Positions 38,281 to 52,399 of a stretch of 64,000 nt of DNA are shown here, piece by piece. A model generated the notes under the pieces. That model was not told where the DNA came from and ran no database searches. It saw only the letters and a list, made by a program, of their open reading frames with translations. Origin of the DNA: Lytechinus pictus (lineage: Eukaryota); the NCBI RefSeq assembly GCF_037042905.1, contig NC_087250.1, forward strand, positions 27,654,001-27,718,000, given 5' to 3'. Within the stretch, counting starts at the first letter, position 1; each line of letters opens with the position of its first letter. Both the position numbers and the translations under genes were made by a program.

Positions 38281-40420
38281 GCTCAATATTTGTTGTTTGA
38301 TCTTATACAGCTAATTACAATTTTCTTCATACAACTAGGAAAACTAATGTACATAATGAACATTTATATTATGATATAACATGTATAATGTGATGATGTT
38401 AGTATCTATTATTTCAAGTGTATATTGCAAGATGAGTAGAAACTATACTTTTTGTTTTTAAAATAATATATTTTCATTATAATTTGTTGTGAATTACTAA
38501 CACTATTAAATAGAAAAATAAACCGTTTGTTGATGTATATTACTTAAATCGAGACGAAATTATTCTTACCTACTTGAGAGCTGAAAATAGTCAAGTGAAA
38601 ATAGTTCGGAAATATCTTTCTGTATTAATGTATTTAGTAAATTTCGAGAAATGTTTGCCAATGCAATATACAGTGCGTCCCACAAAAAACGAAACCGAAA
38701 TTTATCGATGATTTATCATAACTTAATCATAAATAAAATAGACAAATGACCTATCATTGTAAAGCTTAGAATCTTCTCTTTCATCTGCAATTACTTACAT
38801 TATTTTTTATTCACGCATGAGTGAGTAAAAACAATTTGAAGAGGGGATACTAAAAAGTCATTTGGCGGGCTGTATCTGGATCTCAAAAAAGAAAACCGCA
38901 TTTTGAAAAAGTTAAATATCTGCTCTTTAATTTGATACCTCAATTACAGAAAATGGTCAAGAAATAACAAAGTTCTGGTTATTTGAAATAAGGTTTGAAT
39001 TTCAATAATTTCATAAAATGAAGAGGTTTTACAGGCTAGCGTTCAAAATCACTCGACACTCCGTTTTGTTGACTATCAGCCATGCATTAATTCTTTTGTT
39101 AACTATGCGATAGCTTCTGTGGGAAACCGGTGAAAACACGTTTATTTAATGAAATTATGGAAATACAAGCATTGTTTCGAGGGAACATAACTTTTTTACT
39201 TCTTGACCATTTTTTGTGATTAAGGTATCAAATAAAAGAGCAGATATTGAACGTTTTAGGCATGTGATTCTCGTTTTAAAATTCAGATACCCCCCGCCAA
39301 ATGAGTTTTTGGTATCCTTTCTTCATATTGTTTTTGCTCACTCATGTGTAAATAAAAAATAATCTCAGTAATATCAGATGAAAGAGGAGATCCTAGATTT
39401 ACATTGATAGGTAATTTGTCTATTGTATTTATGATTAAGTTATGATAAATCATCGCTAAATGTCGGTTTCGTTTTTTGTGGGACGCACTGTATAGTGATA
39501 TACAAATTGCTGATCTAATTATCAACCGATCGGAAGAATATCTAAGATTTTAAATTGATCAAAAATACATGGTGTATTTTGAAGTTATTATCATAGTTAT
39601 GAAGAGGGTGTTCTTAATACACAAATAATCACGTACTATATAATCAAGAAATTTTGTCAGCATAAATGAAAATAAATGTCAAACAAAATACCGACTTTGC
39701 TCAATATATGATGTTTAATATATACAGCTGATTATAATTCGCTTCATAAAACTTGGAAAACTATTGTACATAACATGCATAATGAACATTATTATGATAT
39801 AATGTATATCATGATATCTATTATTTTCAAGTGTATATTGAATGATGAGTAGAAAGTATACGTTTGCTTTTGATATAATATATTTTTATTATACTTTATT
39901 GTGAATTACTAGGAAAAAAAGCAAAATTATTGTTGTTGGATAGACTTAAATCAAGACGAAATTAATCTTAAATACTTGAGAGCTGAAAATAGTCATATGA
40001 AAATAGTTAGGAAATATCTTTCTTTACTGTGGGTTAATGTATTTAGTACATTTCGAGAAAGGTTTGCCAATGCAATATATACATGATATACCGGTAGTTG
40101 TATACAAATTACTGATCAAAACACCAATTATCAACCGATCTAACTATATCTTCACTATGGGTTATCTACGACATTTCGAGAAAAGCTTACCAATCCACAA
40201 TGAGTTGTATGCACATTACTCATCTAAAAACCAAGTATCAACCGATCTGAATAAATGCTTAATATTTTTAAACTGATCGAAATCTTTGCAGTTTTTTTTT
40301 TGAGGTCATTATCATGGTGATGGGGAGGGTGATTTTAATGCACAAACAATCATGTAATGTTATAATCAAATAATTTTGTCAGCATAAACGAAATTAAATG
40401 TAAAAAACCCGACTCTATAT
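38281..40420 (+). repeat. Diverged ~0.6-0.7-kb tandem duplication (38281-39698 including a MITE; 39699-40420)
   Basis: Shared gctcaatat...tatacagct and tacttgagagctgaaaatagtca. Confidence 0.85.
38671..39490. mobile_element. Tc1/mariner-like MITE
   Basis: TA|CAGTGCGTCCCACAAAAAACGAAACCG...CGGTTTCGTTTTTTGTGGGACGCACTG|TA with long TIRs; second copy at 58736-59540. Confidence 0.9.
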
Positions 40421-41227
40421 GCAGTTCATATTAGTGATTTACAAATGATTTTATTGGGCATGTAGGACTGATGGTAACAGACGAATGGGGGGGGGGGGGG
40501 AATGAGAAGATAAAGGGAAAAGAGAGGGGTGGGAAAGTGGAGGGAATGAGAGATTAAAAAAATGGAGAGACGAGGGAAGTAAAGATGGAAAAAATATAGA
40601 GAAAAATATATATATGAAAATAAAAGGATAAAGAGACGGAAAGGAAAGGGAAAGAACAGATGAGAGAGAGGGGGAGGGGGGGGGGAGAGAAAGATAGAAG
40701 AAGGGGAGAGAAAAGAATGGAGAGACAGTGAGAATAAAGACTGAGAAAGAGCGAGAGAGAGAGAAGTGGAGGAGTGAGAAGGAGAAATGGAATAAGAGAG
40801 AGAGAAAGAGAGAAGAAGAAGAAGAACTACCGAGAGACAAGGGATGATAGAGAGAGATTGGGGGGAAGGGGACGGGGTGAATTTGTATTTGAGTTTGTAT
40901 TTGTATTTTCCTTTCTTATATAGGAAACAAAGAAACATTACATTACAAAGTGAAATACATCACAAACCATGTCAATCATAAAAATTCATAACAAAATTGA
41001 AGAAAGGATGAATTTGAATTCCGTATAGATAGATCTGGCTTCGTCGAAATTAAGTAAAAGGAAACATAACTGAGGGGCTTGCCAAGAACGAATGAATTTA
41101 AGAGATTAAAAAAAAAATCATAGAAAAGAGTTAGAGAGAGAAAGAGGGGGGGGGGGAACAATCAGAACGCTACTTTTTTGCTTCACTGGGAAATTTTGTA
41201 CGATTAAATAATATTAAATTATATTAA

Positions 41228-41850
41228 AGGGATGGTCCAGGCTGAAAATGTTCATAATAACTAAATAGAGTGAAATCCACAAAGCCAAATGCCGAAAATT
41301 TAATTAAAATCGGATAACAAATAAGGAAGTTATTGAATTTTAATTTGTCTAATTTTAAACATTTTGTGAAAACAGTTATTTGCATATGGTCATGATTATT
41401 CATTAGGTGGGCTGATGATGTCACATCTCCACTTTCATTGTTCTTATGTTATTACATGAAATCATACACGTTTCATTTCTTCATACATGTGCAAATGATG
41501 TGTCTCTATTACGATAAAATAGGTTGCAGCAATAAATAACTATTGCACTTGATCAGTTGCCATCCAATTGTTTTAGCTCTTGGTAAAAAAAGTTTAATAA
41601 ATCTAGTTTCATATAATACAATACAAAAGAACTGGCGGGGATATGACTTCATCAGCCTATCTCATGAATATTCATAAAGACATGCCTAGAACAGTAGAAC
41701 TCAGTGTTTCACCGGAATGATAATGCAAATCTTTACAATTCAAATAACTTCGTTATTTTCTACCAGATTTTGATCACATTTTTAGCATATTGCTTTTTGA
41801 TTTTTTTTCTTTTTATTGAGATTTGAATATCTCTAGCCTGGACCATCCCT
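41228..41850. mobile_element. Kolobok-like MITE
   Basis: TTAA|AGGGATGGTCCAGGCT...AGCCTGGACCATCCCT|TTAA; empty site at ~11755. Confidence 0.85.
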
Positions 41851-43539
41851 TTAAATGTGACCATTGTGCTACTTCTAAAAATTCAAAGAACTACGCCACT
41901 GTAATATTGAAATTATGTTCAACGCTTCACCAAAATAATATATCAAAATATAATAACACAACACAAGAAATACATTTAATTATAAAATTATAAAGAAGAT
42001 TATGGCAATGGCAATTAATGAAAGTGAAATGTATATCTAACACAAAATAATGTATACACTGACAGAGCAACGCACGTTGCTTATTGAATCACCCATTGAA
42101 AGTGAATTTCTTCTTCTTTAGAAACCACCCAGTAATGGCTTCCATAAAGTGACAGTGATCTGAAGTCGGGTATCATCTATCGGGAATCCACCTTCATGTC
42201 TATCCATTCTACGTCAAAAGATGGCGCTCTTTCATGTCTACATTACACACACATTGAATCACTTGATGAAGATGTGATTTCTGACATTAATAATATCAGT
42301 TGAAATCAGAAGTCCTAGCAGTCTACATTGAAGCTGAAATGAAACGATTGATTTCCGTAATGTCAATACGCTAAAGACGCACTCCCTCACTCCTCACTTT
42401 TTTCCTTGCACAGAGCAAATATGCAACTAAATAGCTCATGAAATAAATTCGATGAGATTGAGGAATACCCCGCCCCCCCCCCCCCCCCCCCCCATTGCCC
42501 AATTGGCAATCATACACTGTTACTTTACAAACATGCATGTCAGGTCAAAATTTTTATGCAAAAGGAAGATCAAATGAAATATTTTCAAACTGAGAATGTC
42601 GTCTTCCATTATAATCGTTGGAGGAATCATGTCGGGTTTTTTTTTTGGTGAGGCACCGATCCCTTAGATATGCCAAATAAACTGGAGGTTTCGTGTTGAG
42701 ATAGAAAGGCCAACGCAAAAAGCAGGGTAAAAACACGGTGTTGTGATCATGTATCAAGATGCTCAAAGCTACCCGTCACAGGCTGAAAATAATATAGAGT
42801 GATACTCACTTACCAAAATGCTGAAAATTTTCATTAAAATATGATTACAAAATACTGCTGTTAGATGTTAGTGTATTTTAATGGGCTGGTGATATCACGT
42901 CCAGTGCCATAGAAAGGACTTTTCAAATAGCGGGTGCTGGGGGATTCGTTAAAAAAATTGTTAACTAGATGATGCCCGAGGGGATTTCGGTAACTAAAAA
43001 AAAAAGAAGCCAAAAAAATAATAATAATAATAAATAAATAAATAAAAAAATAAATAAATAAATAAATAAATAAATAAGTTTCTGCTGCCAAATGTTCCTC
43101 TATTTCAATCATTTTTTTTTCTTGTCAACTTGATGGCAATGGAGTGCTTCCTATGTGATAGCATACGCAACACCCTCTGAAAAATCATGAGGGGTGCAGC
43201 TTCCGCATTCACCCCAGTACCTCCGCTTCATATTTTATTAAGTTATTAGATTAAATCATATTCCTCTACTATCTGAAGACATGTTTGCATGATAAATATA
43301 TTACACATTTAGTCAGTAGTCAATTCATGTTTTCCGTTCTTGGTGGACGAAATTTGACGAAATATAATTTTTCCAAAAAAAAAAAAAAAGAATAAGTGCG
43401 GATTAGTCTGCAGGCACAGACCCTGATTAGAACTTCGACCAACCAGTGTGCCTCCACGCAAAGACTAGCACATACAAAACTTGCTGTTCCAAGAGAACCT
43501 TCTGTACACAAGGCATATAAGTAGGCTGCACATTTAGAC

Positions 43540-44789
43540 TGTCACAAGCCCAGTGCAAAAGCAAAGGATAAAAAATACTCTAGAGAAAAGATAATTGCCT
43601 ATGTACTGTTTACACAACAAATCACGAAAAAGAAAATGGATTGGAATTACAAATCAAATGAAATATCTTTAATCATAATTAAATTCAATGCGTTCACTTC
43701 TGTGAATAATATGGCGTAACATCAACGAATAAATTCATAATGAAATTTCATTTCGAATAACATAAAGTCCTTAGCTGTTATCATTTCGTTGGGGCCCATT
43801 GAAGAAAACTGACGAGTTTATCGCGATCAATGGCGAATCCGAACATCGATGACTCATCACTATGACGTCACACTGGAGGGCGATTCCCGAGACTTCTGTC
43901 CCGTCCGGAGTTTCCGTAAGCACCCTCAGTACTCACTGTTGATACGGCTCTGCCTTTAGAACCTCGATACCAAAAACCCTACAATAAATAGTAAACATGG
44001 AACCACACTTCTAATACATTGATCTAATCACGCAATTGATTCATTAATTAGTTTTGCATAACTAGTTGTCAATAAGTGTCCATGTTTGATTGATGGAAAT
44101 TCACTTCAAAATTATCCATAAAGTAATCTTTCAAAATACGTTCAATCTTACAAATACATTACAAATTAATTATGCCAATCCCTTATAGATAAACACACAA
44201 CATGTTCAGGCATAGTATGTAAACAAACCCATTAAACGGACGTAATGTCAAAAATCTGTTAAATAGTTTTAATTTGCAAAATTTAACATTAAATAACTTT
44301 CACATATTCTGCAATGAACTTAAAACCTTATTTCGTGCAAATTTCCGTCTTAGTTTTAAAGATTATTGAAATATCCTAGTAGGAAGTAATTTTGACTTAC
44401 CACGTATGTGGGTTAAAAAATACACCAAGAAATCATCTAAAACTCCTTCCTGACATAGCAGCATAAAATATGATTAGCTCGTCGATAAAACAAATCCATA
44501 TTATGTGTCTGCTAAAATTATAGCAAAATGATGAAGTTGATATTGCCCCTAAGGCAAAAACAAATCGAGACAAATCATGTCAGCTCCATCCAAACCAATA
44601 AAACGTAATGACCAAAATTAATAGGCCTACAGTACACGACGCCGTCGGATCGGGTTTTAGGGCGTAGTTCATTTGCCTAACAAAAGTTTTACAATTAATT
44701 TGCATATACGTATGCGCTTCGCCTAGACGTAATGTCCAGTCTTTAAGAAAAGCTCTAAATTAGTAAGATTCATACACTTAACCTTGACA
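43540..44789. mobile_element. Probable solo LTR (1250 bp)
   Basis: TAGAC|TGTCA...TGACA|TAGAC with a 5-bp TSD; empty site in the paralog at ~6825. Confidence 0.8.
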
Positions 44790-45390
44790 TAGACCCTTAA
44801 CTCGAGTGAAGGGTTTGCCCAGCAGACTAAGTGCGGATAGACATCATCAACTTGTTCATTTTATATTCATGAAGACATGCAGAGGCCCGTCTCATCAGAA
44901 CAATGAAAGTGCTTAAAATATCAAAAATCTATCATTTCTTATCCGGTTTCAATGACATTGTCAGTATTTTAATTGTCTAATTTTACTTTTTCTATTCAAA
45001 TCATATTATATCCAAGCCTAGAGTACCCCCTCTTAGCTTCCTTTCTTAGGCACGTCAACCCACATGAAATAATAATATTTGTTGACAACGAAACTACATA
45101 ATTTTTATCATGTCATCTCTGCCTTCCAGAAGGTGTACGTTGTTCATTGAATCACATGGATCCTTTTAATTTATACAGTCTTTTATATATCTATATAATA
45201 CACTGAAATATGAAGAGTTAATGGACGAGGTGTAATGTTTAATACTTAATTATTATATTGCCCCCTTTCCTGTCCAAACGACGGTGTAATATTCGCAACA
45301 ATCACCCTCATGAACATTTGGTATTTGCATACTATACCAGCATGCTGACAATCACCATGTAAAACATTCTCATTATATCTGTAACGTTAA

Positions 45391-45972
45391 AGGAGAATGA
45401 AACTCTTGGAGCAAGTTAGCTTTTGTGAAAGCAGAAAAATCAAAGAATAAGATCAACAAAACTTTGAGTAAAATAGGACTAGCAATAAAAGAGTTATGAG
45501 CATTTGAATGTCGAGATCACTAATGCTATGTAGATCCTCCCATTGGCAATGCGACCAAGATCCGTAATGTCACACACGTACAACTCTCCCATTTGGACAC
45601 TGAAAATATACCCCAAAACATCTCTTTTTGCTAATTCTAATCATATGACAAACGATTCATCAATGATATAATGTTGTGAAACCTCTGTACTTGTCATCTC
45701 ATAAAGAGAACACCTCACCTTGTGATAGACTCTATAAAAGTGAGAATATAAGTGAAATAAGTACTAAAGTAATGAGGGAGTTGTACGTGTGTGACATCAC
45801 AGATCTTGTCGCATTGCCGATGGGAGAATCTACATGGCACTAGTGATCTCAATATTCAAGTGCTCATAACTTTCTTATTATTCATTCAATCTTTCTCAAA
45901 CTTTCAACAATATGTTTCTTTGATTTTTCTCTTTGATATGGATTCAGCTGGTTTCAAGGGTTTCATTCTCCT
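45391..45972. mobile_element. Kolobok-like MITE
   Basis: TTAA|AGGAGAATGAAAC...GTTTCATTCTCCT|TTAA; empty site at ~7735. Confidence 0.85.
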
Positions 45973-46508
45973 TTAAATATTTTTTAAATGATATGTTATT
46001 TTTCCTGTTTAACCATCCTTGTGATCCCATACAGAGTGTTGTGCATATGAAGAGTTTAGTTGCAAAAGGGGTTAGGTCCACTATGGACCATTTCGAGAAA
46101 AAAACATGTTTTTTATTCTCATTTATGTAATGTTAAGTTGGTGGAATGACACTGTATATCACTGAGATGGACACGTGACTGATTGAACTCTCAAATAACA
46201 AGTTTATTAACAACCACTTAGCAACCACGCGCATGCGTAAACATATATCATAACCAGGGCCGTAGCTGGAGGGGGGGGGGGTACGGGGGTGTGACACCCC
46301 CCCCCCCCAACATTCATGGCAGTCGGCAAAATCATGTACCAGTTGGCAAAATGGAGGATAGGGGAAAAAGAAAGAGGGAAAGAAAGGAAGAGAAAAAAGA
46401 AAGAAGGAGAGAGGGGAGAGAAAGAAAAAGAAAGAAAGAAAGAGAGAGAGAGAGGGGGAGAAAGGGGGGGGGGGAGAGAAAGTGAGATAGAAAGAAAGAA
46501 AGAAAGAA

Positions 46509-46740
46509 ATAATAATAATAATAATAATAGGCATTTATATAGCGCCATCTATCTAGAAATATTCTATTCCGAGGCGCGTTGTTATTATTATTATCACCCC
46601 GGCTTTAGCTCGAGCTGCCTTTCAGCGCTCATGCATTCAAGGAATTAATCCTGCCAGGTACCCATTCACCTCACCTGGGTCGAGTGCAGCACAATGCGGA
46701 TAAATTTCTTGCTGAAGGAAATTACGCCATGGCTGGGATG
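46509..46740 (-). mobile_element. SINE lacking its tRNA head
   Basis: Body matches 52150-52250; (AAT)n tail at 46509-46528. Confidence 0.85.
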
Positions 46741-46925
<185 letters not shown>

Positions 46926-49440
46926 AAGAACAAAAAAGGAAAGAAAAATAGGGGTACTAACTTCGAAGAAGGTTACGACTTTTAGAGTAAAGACAACCAG
47001 TTGGCAAATCCAAGTCCATGTAGCCAGGCTTAGAGCCCTACTAGTCAGCAAAATACAAAGGACAAAACAGATGGAGCTATAATAACACACAAAGTAAGCC
47101 CCCGGTCCTCCCCCAATATAATTGAGTTTGCAAATTATACCACAACTCTTCAGTTGGCAAATTCATGAAGACAAGTCTACATCTTGTACACTTGTCTACA
47201 AGTTTGCAGTTGGCAAAAAACACAAAAATGTTCCAAGTTATTTTTACTAAATTCTGTCGCCGAAGATTTTTTTTTAATTTATGGTGTCAGAATGTGCTTG
47301 GGGTGGGGATGGGTGGGGATGGGGGCAGGTTGGGGTTGCATCATTCCTGGTGCTCTTATTGTCTGAATAATGAGATATATAGTCCTGTTGTATTTTAAGT
47401 CCATATTAAGATTATGCACCAAATTATCTCCTCGCACTTCAAGTTATTATTTTTTTATGTAGTGCCATATGCTTTTTTCATGACTATATACTTAAAGTGA
47501 TTGCCCCCTTTTAAGGCCTTAATGAAACATTTCCAGTCTGTGCTTACGTCCGCATTGGTGTGGACCGATATAGATACAGGGCTGGTGTTAAATCAACACT
47601 GGCGTTTTTGCAGTGCACGAATTCCTAAAGACAGTCCTTAAAATGTCCCTTTTTCTGATCTAATTATAACAAATTTTCAGCTCGCGCTTCGCGCTCGCAT
47701 CACTTAATTAGTGAAATAGTAAATTCCTACAAACAAGCCATAGAATGCCCCTCTTCAGGTCCGAATTCCAAAAATTGTCAGCTCGCGCTTCTCGCCCGCA
47801 ATATTTCATTAGTGAAATACGTATCATGTTCATGATTACAATGACCACAACAAGTGCTTCATGTACCAGTGTAATTCTTACAAATCAGCAAGCGCTTGGC
47901 GCTCGCATTAGATGACTATGATGAGATACGTACGCACTTCATAAATTCCAAAAGATAGTCCTTAAAATGTCCCTTTTTAGGGTTAAGTTATACTAAAAAA
48001 TTCAGCTCGCGCTTCGCGCTCGCATTGTTTTGTGAGACAGGTACGTATCACGATTACAAAACTTTGCTTATAATGTCCCTTTTTAGGACTGAATATCAAA
48101 CATTTTCAGCTCGCGCTTCGCGCTCGCATTATTTGATTACTAAGATACATATCCGTTTAATGGCACAGTCCTTAAAATGTCTCTATTAGGTCAGTATACC
48201 TGGCAATTGAGCGCGCTTCGCGCGCCCACTTAATGACTCAAAATGTTTGCTGATGCCCCCCCCCCAAAAAAAAAAAAATGCCGTGACCCACGGTACGCCA
48301 CTGTTAGCAGTAGCACTCTTGACATTTAAGTTGAGACATCTTGCACAGAAGGTCAATTAAAAATTAACAAATCTTTGATTTTGATATTATTAATGCATAT
48401 AGGGCACTATACTGCAAGTTAGCAACTACGGCACACTAGCCTTTCTATTTTGATCCAAAATGTTTATTTTTACAGTGCAAGTATCTTTGTATATCTTTGT
48501 ATAATTTACCTTAAAGTATTCACCAAATGCCACTAATTCAATTCTAAAAATTCAAAATCTTTTAGCATGTGATTATTGTAGGGGGGCATATCCCCCATCA
48601 GACTCCCCCTGTGCTCACGTTGGCGCTGTCACGCCAAATTTAGTTGGCAAATTTAGCTGGTACACCCCCCAACAAAATGCTTCTGGCTACGGCCCTGATC
48701 ATAACATGACAACTTAGTGCAATATTCTTATGAGAAACTAAATTATCATGATATACTACTCTATCATGTGAACATAAAATTGATTATAAAAGAAATCTAC
48801 CTGCCTTCAATTTTTTTCTATATATTCTTTTAAAAATCATAATTGTGGACCTAGCCCCTTTTGCAACTAAACTGAAATGAATCCAATCTATTTTGATTAA
48901 AGAAGTGATTATTTCTTTGCCACTTTTATTCACGTTTTCATGAAAATTTTAAATTTTCTTTGTTTTCATCAGAGCAACATAAAATTTAGAGGTTTTGAGA
49001 CAGAAAACAATAAAATTTGTGAACAATGGACCTAACCCCTGTTGACAAATGAGGTCTTCAGAAGAGTTTCTTTGCATAAGGGGTTAGTTCCACTCCAAAA
49101 AATCATTTTTTTTTATTCTTTCATATTGCAATATTCTTATGCGAAACTAAATTCTAATGATACCCCACCATGATAACATAAAATTGGGTATAAAAAATTT
49201 TTACCTGTCTTCATCTTTTTCATGATATTCTTTTCCAAAAAAAAATTTGTATGGACCTAACCCCTTTTGAAAAAAAAGGTGATTTTTCTTTGCCATTTTA
49301 GTGCACTTTTTAATAGGAATTTCAACTTTTCTTTGGCATCATCTTATAGAGCTACTGAAAATCTATACATTAAGACATAAAAATCAAATTTGATGAAAAA
49401 TGGACCTAACCCCTTTTCCAAGTGAGCTCTTCATATACAT

Positions 49441-49614
49441 CGGAAGTGATCGACGGAAACATGCAAATAAACGTTCAGGTTGAAAGTGAAAGTTGTTCAT
49501 TCTAGGGACTGATACAGGATGTAAAACTGCACGTTCAAAACTTGTAGATTATATTCGCATTCATCCACACAGTGAGCAGAGATAGAGGGTGTGAACTTGA
49601 AATTATCGGTAAGT
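49441..49614 (+). promoter_or_regulatory. Putative promoter/non-coding first exon, copy 4 (IRF-like site kept, NF-kB site absent)
   Basis: CGGAAGTG (ETS-like) at 49441; ATGCAAAT (octamer) at 49461; GAAAGTGAAAGT at 49482-49493; TTATCG|GTAAGT at 49609. Downstream sequence matches 8623-8730. Confidence 0.5.
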
Positions 49615-50550
49615 TTTGATAATTAGGAATACCCTAATCCGTATTTTCTTTTCATTATTCCGTATTGATAAACTGGAGAACATGTAAGCTAATACTACAT
49701 AATCCTGAATCACTTCATATGAATTTATAGGCCTACTTTATTAACACTTGGGATACGAGAAATTTCCTAGTCAATAGAAAATCGAATCTAAACATAATCT
49801 TGCTGTAGCCTATAACATTGACACTATAAATGTTAGAGGTGAGAGAATTCAAAATATAAGTATGATAAGAGATGAAGAAGGACAATTTTATTAGGACTCG
49901 AACATTTGTTAATAGAGATAATGAGGGTGACTCTTGCATGTGGTAAACGAATGTGGTGAAAGAAATAATTTTCGTTCTCGCTGATGTATGACTTTCTGTG
50001 ATAATACAGCACCCCCCCCCCCCATGGTTATGCACGTGATCAGGAAATTACAAAGAAACATGTTTGAAAGTCTCCGCTTCTTTAAATTTTTCGTTGTTCT
50101 TCCTTAATTGGAGCCATAGTAGAATATAAAGTTCACTATCAAACCGTATTCATAAAAAACAAGTAAAGATTGTTTTTGTCTTGTCAATCTGAGACACTAC
50201 ACTCAAAGCAAAATATACAAAATTAGAAGAGATGTATTGTCTATCAACCTGATAATTGTAAACTGATGTTACATACATATTTTGAACATGCAACCAGCTA
50301 ACTGTGACACCTCATCCCTCTCTTTCCTCTCTCTCTCTCTTTCTTGTATCACTTATCAATATCATGTAAAAGAGAGAGCTCTGGGGCTAGACCCACCCCA
50401 AAAGTTCAAGCACCAAGATAAAATTGAGAAAGAGAAAGAAAGGATAGGAAGAGGTGTGAATTATATACACATATTTTTCTTAATTTTCTTATTTTCCTAT
50501 TATTTTTTATCATCACAAAATAAGCTGTCTTCTTTTGCTCGCTTTCTTAA

Positions 50551-51150
50551 AGGTCAAGTCCACCTCAGAAAAATGTTGATTTGAATCAATAAAGAAAAAT
50601 CAGACAATCACAATGCTGAAATTTCATCAAAATCGGATGTAAAATATTAAGAAAGTTATGACATTTTAAAGTTTCGCTTATTTTTAAAAAAATAGTTATG
50701 TGAAGCCAGTTATATCCAAATGAGAGAGTTGATGATGTCACTCACTCACTATTTCTTTTGTTTTTTATTGTTTGAATTATACAATATTTCAATTTTTACG
50801 AATTTGACGATAAGGACCTCCTTGCCTGAAGCACAAAATGTTAAAATAATGGAATTCCACGTGCTCAGGGAGGAATGATACTTCATTTCACATGACAATG
50901 ACAAGAAAATAAAAAAATTCATATTTCATATAATAAAATACAAAAGAAATAGTGAGTGAGTGATGTCATCAGTTCCTTATTTGCATACTGACCGAGATGT
51001 GCATATAACTGTTTTGTGAAATGAAGCGAAACTTTAAAATGCCATAACTGTCTTATTTTACATCCGATTTTGATAAAACTTTCAGTGTTATGCTTGTTGA
51101 ATTTTTCTCTCTTTATTCAAAACAAGTTTTTGTTGGGGTGGACTTATCCT
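50551..51150. mobile_element. Kolobok-like MITE
   Basis: TTAA|AGGTCAAGTCCAC...GTGGACTTATCCT|TTAA. Confidence 0.85.
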
Positions 51151-52016
51151 TTAACTCCTAATTATGATCCTTTTCATCTTTTGGACAATGTTTGGCCCCC
51201 TCATGTTTTTGTTGGTTCATCACCGCATTGACACAAGGCTTTTATATTTGACACAAGTTTCCGAAACTGTGATCAAATTTACCATTTTTGTTTTAATATC
51301 ATTCAGACTAAAAATATTCCTTCTGGATAAAAATGAAGGGAAATTATAAAACTAATCTGCATTTGTAATAATTCTTTTCTGTATTATCATAATAGTACAA
51401 AACAATTGAATTATATTGGATGGTTCAGAACGGAATATCAGAGATATTTCAATAGTTTTGTATAGTAGCCTGGTATGCGGAGGATATCAGTCCTTTGTTC
51501 AATGTGCTCTCATATTGAACAGACAACTGATTCAGACAAAAATAAACATTAAAAATGCATCGCTAAAATCATGGACCCTTGTAGGGTCCATGCTAAAACA
51601 CTCTGTAGATTACAATTCTTGATATCAGTATTAATAGTATATAACCATTATTGTCAAAGTCATGGTCAGTTTTTAAATGTTATTATCATGTACAACATTA
51701 TTATCATTCTTATTATAGTTATGGTGATTTAGATTGTTCGTTATCATAATCAAAATCATTATCATAAATGGTGACAATTATAATAATAATAATAAAGTAG
51801 GTGGCCCTAATGGTACTATTATTATGGTAATATTCACCATCAACGTTATCTAACATGCACAATACTAAAACATTTAAGTTTTATGCAGAAAAGTCTATAG
51901 AAAATTCAAATAAAAAAAACGAAAATGCTTTGAAATTTCAAGGCTCAAAATTCTCAAGGCCAAGGCTTGACAGTCCTAGGCTAAGGCTTCGAAAAAGTTG
52001 GCTTTAAGGCACTTTG

Positions 52017-52312
52017 ATAATAATAATAATAATAATACCAACATGCTTATATAGCGCATATTACTGCCTAATGCGTCCCTATGCGCTTAATTGGATATTA
52101 TTACCCTGGCTTTAGCCTCGCAGCCTTTTACAGCGCGATGGCATTTCAAGAAGTAAATTCCTGCCAGGTACCCATTTATCCTACCTGGGTCGAGTGCAGC
52201 ACAATGTGGATGAATTTCTTGCCGAAGGAAATTACGCTATGGCTGGGATTCGAACCCACGACCCTCTGTTTCAAAGTCCGAAGACTAATCCACTGGGCCA
52301 CAACGCTCCACA
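52017..52312 (-). mobile_element. Full-length tRNA-derived SINE
   Basis: On the minus strand: A box TGGCCCAGTGG, B box GGTTCGAATCCC, aaatgggtacctggcagga domain, (ATT)n tail. Confidence 0.9.
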
Positions 52313-52399
52313 ATGGCAATGGTCGAACATCAAGGCACTACAACACTAGTTCTTGATTACAAAAAATGCTTCTATATACTTTCCAAATTTTAGGTCAGG

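Noticed and set aside
40426..40938. 170-aa hydrophobic ORF (similar ones at 436-768, 11208-11450 and 28253-28511)
   Set aside because: Low-complexity GA/CT tracts with no domain signal.
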